NCBI GenBank assembly: GCA_963667845.2
Contig: CAXXVL010000002.1
Span: 3,296,001 to 3,360,000, forward strand
DNA length: 64,000 nt
Direction of reading: 5' to 3'
From: Smithellaceae bacterium
Lineage (GTDB): Bacteria > Desulfobacterota > Syntrophia > Syntrophales > Smithellaceae
Shown here: piece after piece, positions 19,189 to 27,587 of the stretch
Layout: each line of letters opens with the position of its first letter
How positions within the stretch are numbered: position 1 is the stretch's first letter
The notes under the pieces: model-generated
Told to the model about the DNA's origin: nothing
The model's database searches: none
Seen by the model: the letters and a program-made list of their open reading frames with translations, nothing else
Made by a program: the position numbers and the translations under genes

Positions 19189-20739
19189 TTACTTCTCCTT
19201 CGCTGCGGTGCTCCCAGCTAATCTGCCAAACACAATGCAATCAGTCGTTGCGTTGCCCCCCAGCCGGTTTGTTCCATGGACACCCCCGGTTACTTCTCCC
19301 GCAGCATAGAGGCGGGGAATGATTTTCCCATATCGGTCGATAACCTGACCGGTCGTTCCTTTCGTACGGAGTCCGCCCATGGTATGGTGGACACCGGCCT
19401 GGGTGGGGCTTGCCCAGAAGGGCCCTTTTTCTATCGTCTTCAAATTAGTAGCCTTCTTGCCGAATGCTTCATCCTTCCCTTTCTGGACTGATTCATTGTA
19501 ATTGCGCACCGTCGCCAAGAAATCATCTTCAGGAACGGAAAATTTGGTATTCAGGATCTTTGCCAGCTCCTCGAGAGAATCTGCCCGAAAGGCAAGACCG
19601 TCTTTAATGATCTGTTCTGTGATATTCTCATTGAAGCGCTTCTGGCAGCGGTCGTCAGCCACCCAGAGCAGCACTTTTTGGGGTTGTTTCAGAATGGCAT
19701 CGGCAAGGACATCGCGCCGGGAATCCTCTGCCACGAAGCGCTGTCCTTTGGTATTGACGAAAATGGCCGAGTCAATGCCCAGGTTGGCAAGAGAACCATA
19801 TTGCTTTGTGTAAAAGTTGCAGGCGACGAGGAGCTGGATGAAATCCATGCCGATAACGTCGGCTCCTATGTCCTCAGAATAGCTGATCGCTTCACCCGTG
19901 GCCGTCTTGACATTGGTTGTGGGAATATCCTTATCCAGGCGGGGATTATATTTGGAGCGCATGGCCACATCAGCCCCGAATCCGCCTGTTGCCAAGACGA
20001 CGGCCCGTTTCGCTTCAACGTAAATCTTTTTCTTGCGATATTCGGCTTCGATTCCTAGAACATCGCCGCTGATAGGTTTCTGTCGGACAATACCCGTGAG
20101 TGAGCATGTCGTGAGGATGGGGATTTTTCGCTTGTCCACCTGCCCTTTAAGAACTCGCACAATTGACCCGCCCCGTCCTTTATTCGCCGGATCATGGCTA
20201 CGCGGCCAGAGTGCGCCGATAACCGTATAAACCTTCGGTTCAAATTCAACACCCATCTTCTCAAGCCACTGAAGCCCCTCTAAGGCATGTTCCGCTAAGA
20301 AGCGCACCTTTTCTGGATCACCCCGGAAATCACCGCCTTCCAGCGTCTGCTTAAAATGGAGATCAACGGAGTCCTCGATGCCTTGCTTTTTCTGCCGTTG
20401 GGGGTCAACCGCGTTGAGAGCGCCACTGGCAATGACCGAATTGCCGCCGATCACCTGGCTCTTTTCAATGATAATGACGTTCGCCCCGGCGTCATGTGCC
20501 TCGATCGCCGCCGCCAGTCCCGCGAAGCCTGTACCGATTATTACGACATCGGTTTTCTTGTCCCACTTTTTGGGAACTTCGACAGCTCGCAGGGGACGAG
20601 GCAAAAGAAGCCCTCCACCGGCAATCCCAACCGTCACTGCCGCTCCGGCTATAAGCTGTCGGCGGGTCACCCCGCTTGCCCCTCCGTGCAGGTTCTCTTT
20701 CATTACGGGGCTTTCCTGTTCATGGACTTTATCTTTCAT
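19189..20739 (-). CDS. Tat-exported flavocytochrome c flavin subunit (fumarate/urocanate reductase family)
   Basis: TRRQLI twin-arginine signal; IGTGFAGL, GGNS, LATGGF, HHTMGG, AAGEVTGGVHGTNRLGGNA. Confidence 0.9.
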   Translation of the reverse strand: MKDKVHEQESPVMKENLHGGASGVTRRQLIAGAAVTVGIAGGGLLLPRPLRAVEVPKKWDKKTDVVIIGTGFAGLAAAIEAHDAGANVIIIEKSQVIGGNSVIASGALNAVDPQRQKKQGIEDSVDLHFKQTLEGGDFRGDPEKVRFLAEHALEGLQWLEKMGVEFEPKVYTVIGALWPRSHDPANKGRGGSIVRVLKGQVDKRKIPILTTCSLTGIVRQKPISGDVLGIEAEYRKKKIYVEAKRAVVLATGGFGADVAMRSKYNPRLDKDIPTTNVKTATGEAISYSEDIGADVIGMDFIQLLVACNFYTKQYGSLANLGIDSAIFVNTKGQRFVAEDSRRDVLADAILKQPQKVLLWVADDRCQKRFNENITEQIIKDGLAFRADSLEELAKILNTKFSVPEDDFLATVRNYNESVQKGKDEAFGKKATNLKTIEKGPFWASPTQAGVHHTMGGLRTKGTTGQVIDRYGKIIPRLYAAGEVTGGVHGTNRLGGNATTDCIVFGRLAGSTAAKEK

Positions 20740-21064
20740 GGTGTTTCTCCTTTCTTTCCCGTCCGTGTTCGGAACGGGGAAATACGATTCATTGGTTAAT
20801 CATGCAGGTGACAAGAATCAGCTCGGCAGCCATCTTCTTGTCAAGATAAGATCGAGGAGGAGACGTCGAGGGAAGACATTACCCGGCTGTCGGGTGGGAC
20901 GTCATCAGGCGTTACTGTCTTGTGGCAAGTATACGAAGAACGATATTGTTTGTCAACGTCGCAGCACCATAATTATGGATTGAAGTCTTGTATCAACGTA
21001 AAAGAGGCAAGTCTGCGATTTCAGGAAGGAACAAATAAACAATATAGAAGGTCGATTCTCACCT

Positions 21065-22048
21065 TCAAACCAGCATGTATTTTATCTTATTATTTCGGCA
21101 TACGTGACGCACCTTGCCTTTTTCTTCCAGATGTTTGACATGCGCCAGAGCTTCCCCGAAGGCAAACCATTTCTGCGGCAGCGGGAACTCATCCCAGGTC
21201 TTGGCAGTTATGTCCCATTTGATATGAGGGACTATCTGGAGGACATCCTTTTCCCCATCGCCTAAAGCCGTTAAAACTTCGTTCAGCCGGGCATCGTGGT
21301 GCTCCTGCAACTCTTTGACTCTTCCTTGAAGGTCGTGCACCAGGCGGCGATGACCGGTCAGCACCAGTTTCACATCAAGGGCATTGACTTTTTCAAGACT
21401 GGCCAGGTACTGCCCGAGGGCGTCTTTCATCTGCACCCAGTAGGCGATATTGGGCGTTATATCAAATAGAATATGATCACCCGCAACTAGAATTTTATTA
21501 TTTGCTTCATACAGACTCATATGACCCGGCGAATGCCCCGGGGTAGCCACACAGTTAAAGTGAAAGTCACCGATATCTATCGTGTCACCTTCTTTAACAA
21601 TGGTGAAATCAATCTTTTGTCTTAAACCATCCTTATGAGCCGGATGAGTCTTCATGGATGTCTGGGCGCTGTCGGCGGTGAAACCATTGGCGACATAAAT
21701 CTCGACAATTTTTTGCCAGTAGTGATTCCAATTTTCATGGACAGAATTTATTTGCCGTGCTTCTTCCTCGTTGAAGTAGACTTTGGTTCTTTCCCGGGCA
21801 AGTGTGCCGGCAAGTCCTATGTGGTCAACATGCAGGTGAGTGATAAAAATATCAGTCCTATTCAGATCGACGCCTAGCTTCTGCAGGCTGTCGTTCATTG
21901 CTTTCAGACACTCTTCTCGATTAAAGCCGGTGTCAATAATCAGAAACCGGTCACTCCCTTTAACGATATACGAGTTCAGCCATTTCAGTGGACTTCCTCG
22001 CAGGGGAATTTCAGTACGGTAAATGTTGGGAATTATCTCTTCGATCAT
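21065..22048 (-). CDS. MBL-fold metallo-hydrolase
   Basis: IDTG, THLHVDHIG, TPGHSPGH, GDH, TGH. Confidence 0.9.
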   Translation of the reverse strand: MIEEIIPNIYRTEIPLRGSPLKWLNSYIVKGSDRFLIIDTGFNREECLKAMNDSLQKLGVDLNRTDIFITHLHVDHIGLAGTLARERTKVYFNEEEARQINSVHENWNHYWQKIVEIYVANGFTADSAQTSMKTHPAHKDGLRQKIDFTIVKEGDTIDIGDFHFNCVATPGHSPGHMSLYEANNKILVAGDHILFDITPNIAYWVQMKDALGQYLASLEKVNALDVKLVLTGHRRLVHDLQGRVKELQEHHDARLNEVLTALGDGEKDVLQIVPHIKWDITAKTWDEFPLPQKWFAFGEALAHVKHLEEKGKVRHVCRNNKIKYMLV

Positions 22049-22289
22049 GCTTGGTGAAACCTCCACCGATTATTATCGTAAAATAATCAATGCACGCAAT
22101 TCATTCTGTATTCAGATACCCGGAGCAAACAGATTATTTTCTTTATATGCTTCAGATGATGCTCTGTCTTTCTCCATCTGTTATCTCACAATTCAATCTT
22201 AACGTTTGTAATCTTGCATCTTCCGGATCAATACTCGGTCTTTGTTATCCTTCCGACGACAAACATGGTTCCTTTCGCCACGGAATTAA

Positions 22290-22335
22290 CCTCTTCCCTT
22301 TCTCCAGGTAGGACAATAAGGAGAAAGGGAAGAGG
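22290..22335. terminator. strong hairpin downstream of thiolase
   Basis: CCTCTTCCCTTTCTCC / GGAGAAAGGGAAGAGG perfect 16-bp inverted repeat; only a weak U-tract. Confidence 0.55.
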
Positions 22336-22357
22336 CTGTCGGTAGTTTTCGAACTTC

Positions 22358-23575
22358 TTAACGCTGTAAATTCTCAATGACCGTTGCCACGCCCAAACCG
22401 CCGCCGCAGCAGGAACTGAAGCAGCCGTACTTACCGCCTCTGCGGATCAATTCCTTCATCGTAAAGATACAGATACGTGCGCCGGAGGCGCCGTTGGGAT
22501 GACCAAAGGCAATCGCGCCGCCATTGGGATTCCATTTGTCGCTGAAGCAATCCACTTTTACGCCGGTCTGTTTCTCGAGTTCAGCAGCCACGGCCAGATT
22601 CTGCACGGCAAAGGCCTCATTGCATTCCAAAACGTCCATAGCGGAGAGTTTCAGATCGGCGCGCTTCAGAGCCACCGGAACGGCATAAGCGGGACCGATG
22701 CCCATGATTTTGGGATCAACACCATAATCGCCGCCGGCAACCCATCTGGCCATCGGCTTGTAACCTAACTGCTCGGCCTTTTCACGGGTCATCATCAGAA
22801 CAAAAGCGCCGCCGTCATTACGACCGGAAGAATTCCCTGCGGTGACCGTTCCATCTTTAATAAACGCCGGGGGCAGTTTGGACAGTGCTTCCATGGAGGT
22901 CATCCGGGGGTGCTCATCCACTTTGAATTCCAGCGGCGGGTTCTTTTTGCCCTGCGGAACCATGACGGGAATGATTTCGTCCAAGAAATAACCGGCGTCC
23001 GCGGCTTTCTTCGCCAGCACCTGGCTGCGCAGACCGAACTCATCTTGTTTCTCACGCGAAATGTTATAGATCTTCTGCAGCGCCTCCGCCGTGAGTCCCA
23101 TATTCATGGTAGCCGGATCAAAGGTGGGGGAAAGAGACGGCATAATCGGCATCGGAGGAATCATCTTGAAGGGTTCCGTGGACATGGAAAACTTGCAGGT
23201 CATCTGGCTGTAGGACTCCATACCGCCGGCAATCATGATGTCGGCATGACCGCAAAGGATTCTATAAGCTGCATGGTTGATGCAATCGATGGCCGATCCG
23301 CACTGCATTTCAATGTAAGACGCTGACGTGCTCTCCGGAAGACCACTGGCCAGGGTTACCCAACGTGCCAGATTCAGAGCCGAATTGCCGCTGCCGGCCG
23401 ATCCCGCATAAACAGCATCCACAACGCCGCCCTTTTCTAGAATCTTTGTTTTCTCTACGAGGCCCTTCAGCGCAATACCGCCCAACTGTTCAATCGTAAA
23501 GTTCTTCAGGGTCTTGCCTAATGTTCCGAAGGCCGTCCGCGCACCATCAATAAAAACTACTTCTCTTTTACTCAT
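22358..23575 (-). CDS. acetyl-CoA acyltransferase (thiolase)
   Basis: MQCGS, DEHPR, TAGNSSGRNDG, NEAFA, GGAIAFGHPNGASG, CCGGG. Confidence 0.95.
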   Translation of the reverse strand: MSKREVVFIDGARTAFGTLGKTLKNFTIEQLGGIALKGLVEKTKILEKGGVVDAVYAGSAGSGNSALNLARWVTLASGLPESTSASYIEMQCGSAIDCINHAAYRILCGHADIMIAGGMESYSQMTCKFSMSTEPFKMIPPMPIMPSLSPTFDPATMNMGLTAEALQKIYNISREKQDEFGLRSQVLAKKAADAGYFLDEIIPVMVPQGKKNPPLEFKVDEHPRMTSMEALSKLPPAFIKDGTVTAGNSSGRNDGGAFVLMMTREKAEQLGYKPMARWVAGGDYGVDPKIMGIGPAYAVPVALKRADLKLSAMDVLECNEAFAVQNLAVAAELEKQTGVKVDCFSDKWNPNGGAIAFGHPNGASGARICIFTMKELIRRGGKYGCFSSCCGGGLGVATVIENLQR

Positions 23576-23638
23576 TGTTCATCTCCTGTTTTCTAATGTA
23601 TTTTTTAAAACCTTATTTTTCAAAATGTTTCTGTAAGG

Positions 23639-24751
23639 TTATCCCAATAATTTTGTCTGAACGCTCTTGAGAATATCCTCCGCCTCTTTGGCAATGGTCT
23701 GGACCAGGTCGTTGACTTTGGGCATATCATTGATACGCTGCGCAGCCTCGCCGGCGGCCATCATTGCCTTTGTCTTGTCTCCTTCATACACGGCTTTGAT
23801 GGATTCAACCTCAAAGTTGATAAGAGACATATCGATCGTTGTGTAATCATCGGGCGTTCCGAGGAAAACGCCGGGCGATTTTTGCAACGTGTTTTTGGCA
23901 TGTTCGTCGCTACGGGGAGTTTTCAGCCAGCGGGCCGGCCCGACAAAACCACGGGCAACAATTGTTCCGCGATCACCGGCGGCAACAACGCCTTCCTTCC
24001 AGATCTGGTGAAAGTCGCTCTCCTGGGTTGCCAGGAAGCGCGTTCCCATCTGAACTCCGTCTGCACCGAGAACCAGGGCCGCGGCAAGTGTTCTGCCGTC
24101 GCAATATCCGCCGGCGCCGCATACGAGCGTCTTTTCGTCCGATACGGCTTCGACCACGGCGGGCAGAAGGATCATGGAGTGGACCGGTTCCCAAGACGTA
24201 TGGAAACCGCCTTCATGACCGGATGCGACGATAACATCAACACCGGCCTTTTTGCAACGCTGCGCGCCTTTGACGGATGGTACAACATGCATCCAGGTGA
24301 AACCGGCGCCCTTGATCTTGTCCTTCCAACCAACCGGGTCACCGGCAGAAGTGAAGATGACTTTGAAGTGTTTCTTCATGTCCGGGTTCTCTTCCCGTAC
24401 CCGGATGGCAGTGTCTATCATGACCAGCGAATGCTGTTTAAGTTCCGCGGACACCATGACGTTTATTCCGAATACGCCTCCTTTGTCTTTGACCAGGCGA
24501 TAGGTGCGCTTCAACAGCTTTTCCAGAACCGTGGCCATATCATCCTCACGTTTCGCTTCTGCCGTCTCCACGAACGCATTGTAAATCCACGGTTGGTCGT
24601 CCTTGTTAAAAAGACCGCTTGTCGAAAGCAATCCCAGAACGCCCGCATTGGCCGCGGCCACACAAAGGTTATTGTTGCTGAACGGTCCCATGCCCGCCTG
24701 GATGATCGGATATTTTGTTCCGAGCAACTCGCACAATCTTGATTTGATCAT
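23639..24751 (-). CDS. nitronate monooxygenase / FabK-like flavoprotein
   Basis: PIIQAGMG, GHEGGFH, AGGYCDGR, GADGVQMGTRFLATQE. Confidence 0.9.
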   Translation of the reverse strand: MIKSRLCELLGTKYPIIQAGMGPFSNNNLCVAAANAGVLGLLSTSGLFNKDDQPWIYNAFVETAEAKREDDMATVLEKLLKRTYRLVKDKGGVFGINVMVSAELKQHSLVMIDTAIRVREENPDMKKHFKVIFTSAGDPVGWKDKIKGAGFTWMHVVPSVKGAQRCKKAGVDVIVASGHEGGFHTSWEPVHSMILLPAVVEAVSDEKTLVCGAGGYCDGRTLAAALVLGADGVQMGTRFLATQESDFHQIWKEGVVAAGDRGTIVARGFVGPARWLKTPRSDEHAKNTLQKSPGVFLGTPDDYTTIDMSLINFEVESIKAVYEGDKTKAMMAAGEAAQRINDMPKVNDLVQTIAKEAEDILKSVQTKLLG

Positions 24752-25111
24752 AACTATTCTCCTTGTTGTTTATTTTATTTTCTTAATCCGCAATTTCATA
24801 GCATGACTATGATAATACATCAATAAAAAGTGCCCATCATTGATAATATTTAATTATTTAATTATCAACTATCATATTGAGTAAAATACCATAGTAATGC
24901 TATTGGATTGAATATATTATTATAATGAGCGGTAAGATATTTTGAAGCGAGTATACTTCCTGCTGCTTTTTGCCTATTATTGATTTAAGTCTTGCATACA
25001 CAACAAGGTTAATGATCCGTTTCTTTCAGGAAATTGTCCGCAGGCGCGAAAGACTGGGAAACATCAGTTCAGCCTATGCATCGTATTTACTGATCTGGCG
25101 CAATCATGAAA

Positions 25112-25531
25112 AGCGTTCCCATACTCCGTGAGGATGTCGATTTATTAGAGACCCTTCACTTTATCGTTTCCTGCTATGCCGTTCCTGCAGCATGATGGAG
25201 GAATCAAGGCACAATAAAGGATCAGGTTTATGGCGAAACATCCTTCTACAAATGGTGGAAACGTGCCTGTGCCAAATTTGAATATTGAAGGCGTTGATCC
25301 TACGGTGGAACACGACATTCTACTATGCGGGCACTGAGAAAGCATTATTCGCCAGAACAGATTAAAGAAGCTGCAATGAGCAAAACAAACAAAGCCTTTG
25401 AACGGTATCTTGGACAGGCCGAAGACGACGATATTTTGTCAATTTATCGCAAAGGTGCTGAAGTGATACCGATCAAAGAAATTGATACCGGATTGATGCC
25501 ACTTTTTGAAGGGCAAAAAAATACTAAGTAA
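25112..25531 (+). pseudogene. tyrosine integrase 3' remnant (paralog of 31187-32338)
   Basis: Aligns to 31919-32338; 25112-25330 diverged with indels and a stop, 25331-25531 nearly identical. Confidence 0.9.
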
Positions 25532-25579
25532 CCGAAATTACTTAGATTTTTTGGTGGGGCGGCGGGAATTGAACCCGCG
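25331..25579 (+). repeat. direct repeat copy 1 (integrase 3' end + terminator + att core)
   Basis: Matches 32138-32387 at offset 6807; 8 substitutions counted in 25331-25551 plus a 1-nt deletion in the att core. Confidence 0.92.
25552..25579 (-). repeat. att core: displaced 3' fragment of tmRNA gene
   Basis: TGGTGG-GGCGGCGGGAATTGAACCCGCG vs TGGTGGAGGCGGCGGGAATTGAACCCGCG at 32359-32387. Confidence 0.92.
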
Positions 25580-25659
25580 GCCCGCATCATAACAAAGCGA
25601 TTTCATTGACGCCATAAAGCAGCTGATACCAGCTTGATACAAAAGTCAACATGAAACAG

Positions 25660-25869
25660 TTATTCTTTGTTGATGAGATCGAGAATATCTTTCACCCGCC
25701 AAACTGTTGTCCGCGGACTTAATTTAAAGGGCTTTGGGTAACGTCCACTTTTCACCCCTGCCCACCATGACGATCGTGAAATAGGAATTATTTGGAGTAT
25801 CTGTTTGACCCTTAATAATCCTATTTCTGGAAATTTTTCTATTTCAATAATCTTTGAATCGAATGACAT
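25660..25869 (-). CDS. AlpA family regulator / excisionase
   Basis: LLRVKQILQIIPISRSSWWAGVKSGRYPKPFKLSPRTTVWRVKDI; AGGAG SD; next to att. Confidence 0.9.
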   Translation of the reverse strand: MSFDSKIIEIEKFPEIGLLRVKQILQIIPISRSSWWAGVKSGRYPKPFKLSPRTTVWRVKDILDLINKE

Positions 25870-25902
25870 TTATGATTCTCCTAAAAATGATGGTGATTTG
25901 AC

Positions 25903-26883
25903 ATGAAAGCAGAATATTTGACAAGCAAAACTCTCCAAGTTCCGTTTGCTATGGACTCATCAGGAATCTTGACCAAGCCAATTAATGCTAAAAGAGAAGC
26001 AATGTATTTTTGTCCAAATTGTAATGAAAAGGTGATTTTCAGAAAAGGTAATATAAAAATACCCCATTTTGCACACAACAGTAATACTAATTGCACCAAT
26101 GAGACCATTCTACATAGAACAGCAAAAATGCTGGTGATCAATTCAGTTAATGATTTTGTAAACGGTAAAGGACGGCAACCAGAAATAGTCAGAACTTGTT
26201 CGATCTGCTGTGGCAAGCATATACAGAAACTTCCATCAAAAATTACGCATGCAGCTGCAGAAGTAAGGCTTGATACTGGTTTTATTGCTGATGTCGGATT
26301 GTTCGGAATTGATACCGTCGAAGCTGCAATAGAGGTATTTGTGACTCACTTAATGGAAAGCAAGAAGAAAGAAAATTTAGGCTTACCCTTTATAGAAATT
26401 AAAGCAGAAGATTTAATTAATAGCCCGATGCAGTGGACTCCCATTGATGACAATCTAAAGAATGTAATTTGTAGGGAGTGTCATCAAAGATTTTCAGATT
26501 ATTCGGAGTTGATAAAAAAATTATCTGACAAATTTAATCTTAATATCAATATGGGGAAATATGGTTGCGGAGTTACAATCTGCTGGAAATGCAAAAATGA
26601 AATCCCTGTATTTTTAATTGAAGAAGTCAAAGAACATTTCTATCCAAAGACTGTAAAATTTAAATATTCACACACAGTGAGAGAGAGCTGTTTTGCGAAT
26701 ACTTGTCCAGTCTGTCAAAGTCTTCAGGGTGATTTTTATCTGAACGATGAACCGGACGGACCATTTTTTTGTTTGTCCTGTAGAGATGAAAAATCCGTTG
26801 GGAATTTATCAAGGATTCAACTATTAAATTACCATATAGCTAATCAGTTCTATAGAAGGCGACACCCAAATACAATTAGCTGA
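25903..26883 (+). CDS. CoiA-like zinc-ribbon PD-(D/E)XK nuclease
   Basis: YFCPNC...RKGNIKIPHFAH...C..ETILHRTAK; IADV...AIEVFVTH; further CxxC pairs. Confidence 0.7.
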   Translation: MKAEYLTSKTLQVPFAMDSSGILTKPINAKREAMYFCPNCNEKVIFRKGNIKIPHFAHNSNTNCTNETILHRTAKMLVINSVNDFVNGKGRQPEIVRTCSICCGKHIQKLPSKITHAAAEVRLDTGFIADVGLFGIDTVEAAIEVFVTHLMESKKKENLGLPFIEIKAEDLINSPMQWTPIDDNLKNVICRECHQRFSDYSELIKKLSDKFNLNINMGKYGCGVTICWKCKNEIPVFLIEEVKEHFYPKTVKFKYSHTVRESCFANTCPVCQSLQGDFYLNDEPDGPFFCLSCRDEKSVGNLSRIQLLNYHIANQFYRRRHPNTIS

Positions 26884-26996
26884 TGTGCATGGGAATCGAA
26901 TGTTCACACCGATTTGTAAGTAATCTAAACGATTAAATAAATATGATTCTTTTTTTAGGTTGGGCGGGTTTCGGGAGACTTATTATTTTTATAAGC

Positions 26997-27584
26997 TTAA
27001 AGCAACTTCTCAACTATTAGGTGTACTTTTGTACCACAGTTCTTAGGCCATGACTCATTTATATCATCATGACTATATGATCTTTCAATTGCCTTATCTA
27101 ATCCGAGCATTATCATCTCCAAATCATAATTTGATTTGCTATAGCCCCCCATGATTTTTGCTAAAGTTTTTATGCAGTCAGCAGCAGTATAAAATGGTTT
27201 TGGATTACAAAAATGTAAATAAAGCCAAAATTCAAAACAAGGATTACTTACTGCAAGATGATAATTTTTTTTCTTACATTCTGAAAAAATCTGATCAAGA
27301 AGATTATGATCCCATTTATCACGATCTATTATTAACCATAATTCATCATTGTCGTCTAAATCGTGATCTTTATGAAATTGAATAAGACGCATCATTACAG
27401 ATCGAGGATCAGATTTATATTTTATGGGAGGTAATATCTTTATCCTAATAGATTTATCTCGCGCCCCTATAAACTGTTCAAAATATAATGGTTCTGTTTC
27501 GGTTCCTTCTGTTGCGATTACAAAAAGTTTCTTTCTCGTTCTAAAGCCACTTTTCCGAATAGAGGATCGATAAGACTTAGGCAT
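26997..27584 (-). CDS. rloB: RloB family (AbiLii-like, TOPRIM-like) protein
   Basis: IATEGTETEPLYF, LIIDRD, SNPCFEFWLYLHF. Confidence 0.88.
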   Translation of the reverse strand: MPKSYRSSIRKSGFRTRKKLFVIATEGTETEPLYFEQFIGARDKSIRIKILPPIKYKSDPRSVMMRLIQFHKDHDLDDNDELWLIIDRDKWDHNLLDQIFSECKKKNYHLAVSNPCFEFWLYLHFCNPKPFYTAADCIKTLAKIMGGYSKSNYDLEMIMLGLDKAIERSYSHDDINESWPKNCGTKVHLIVEKLL

Positions 27585-27587
27585 AAT

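Noticed and set aside
18878..19240. 120-aa minus-strand ORF
   Set aside because: Overlaps the flavoprotein end and runs through its terminator; no recognisable motifs
23882..24742. 286-aa plus-strand ORF
   Set aside because: Antisense shadow of the NMO/FabK-like gene
25325..25531. 68-aa ORF as an independent gene
   Set aside because: It is the C-terminal end of the decayed integrase copy; no SD seen
25552..25579. tRNA gene at the left att site
   Set aside because: Only T arm and acceptor 3' strand are present; it is the displaced tmRNA end
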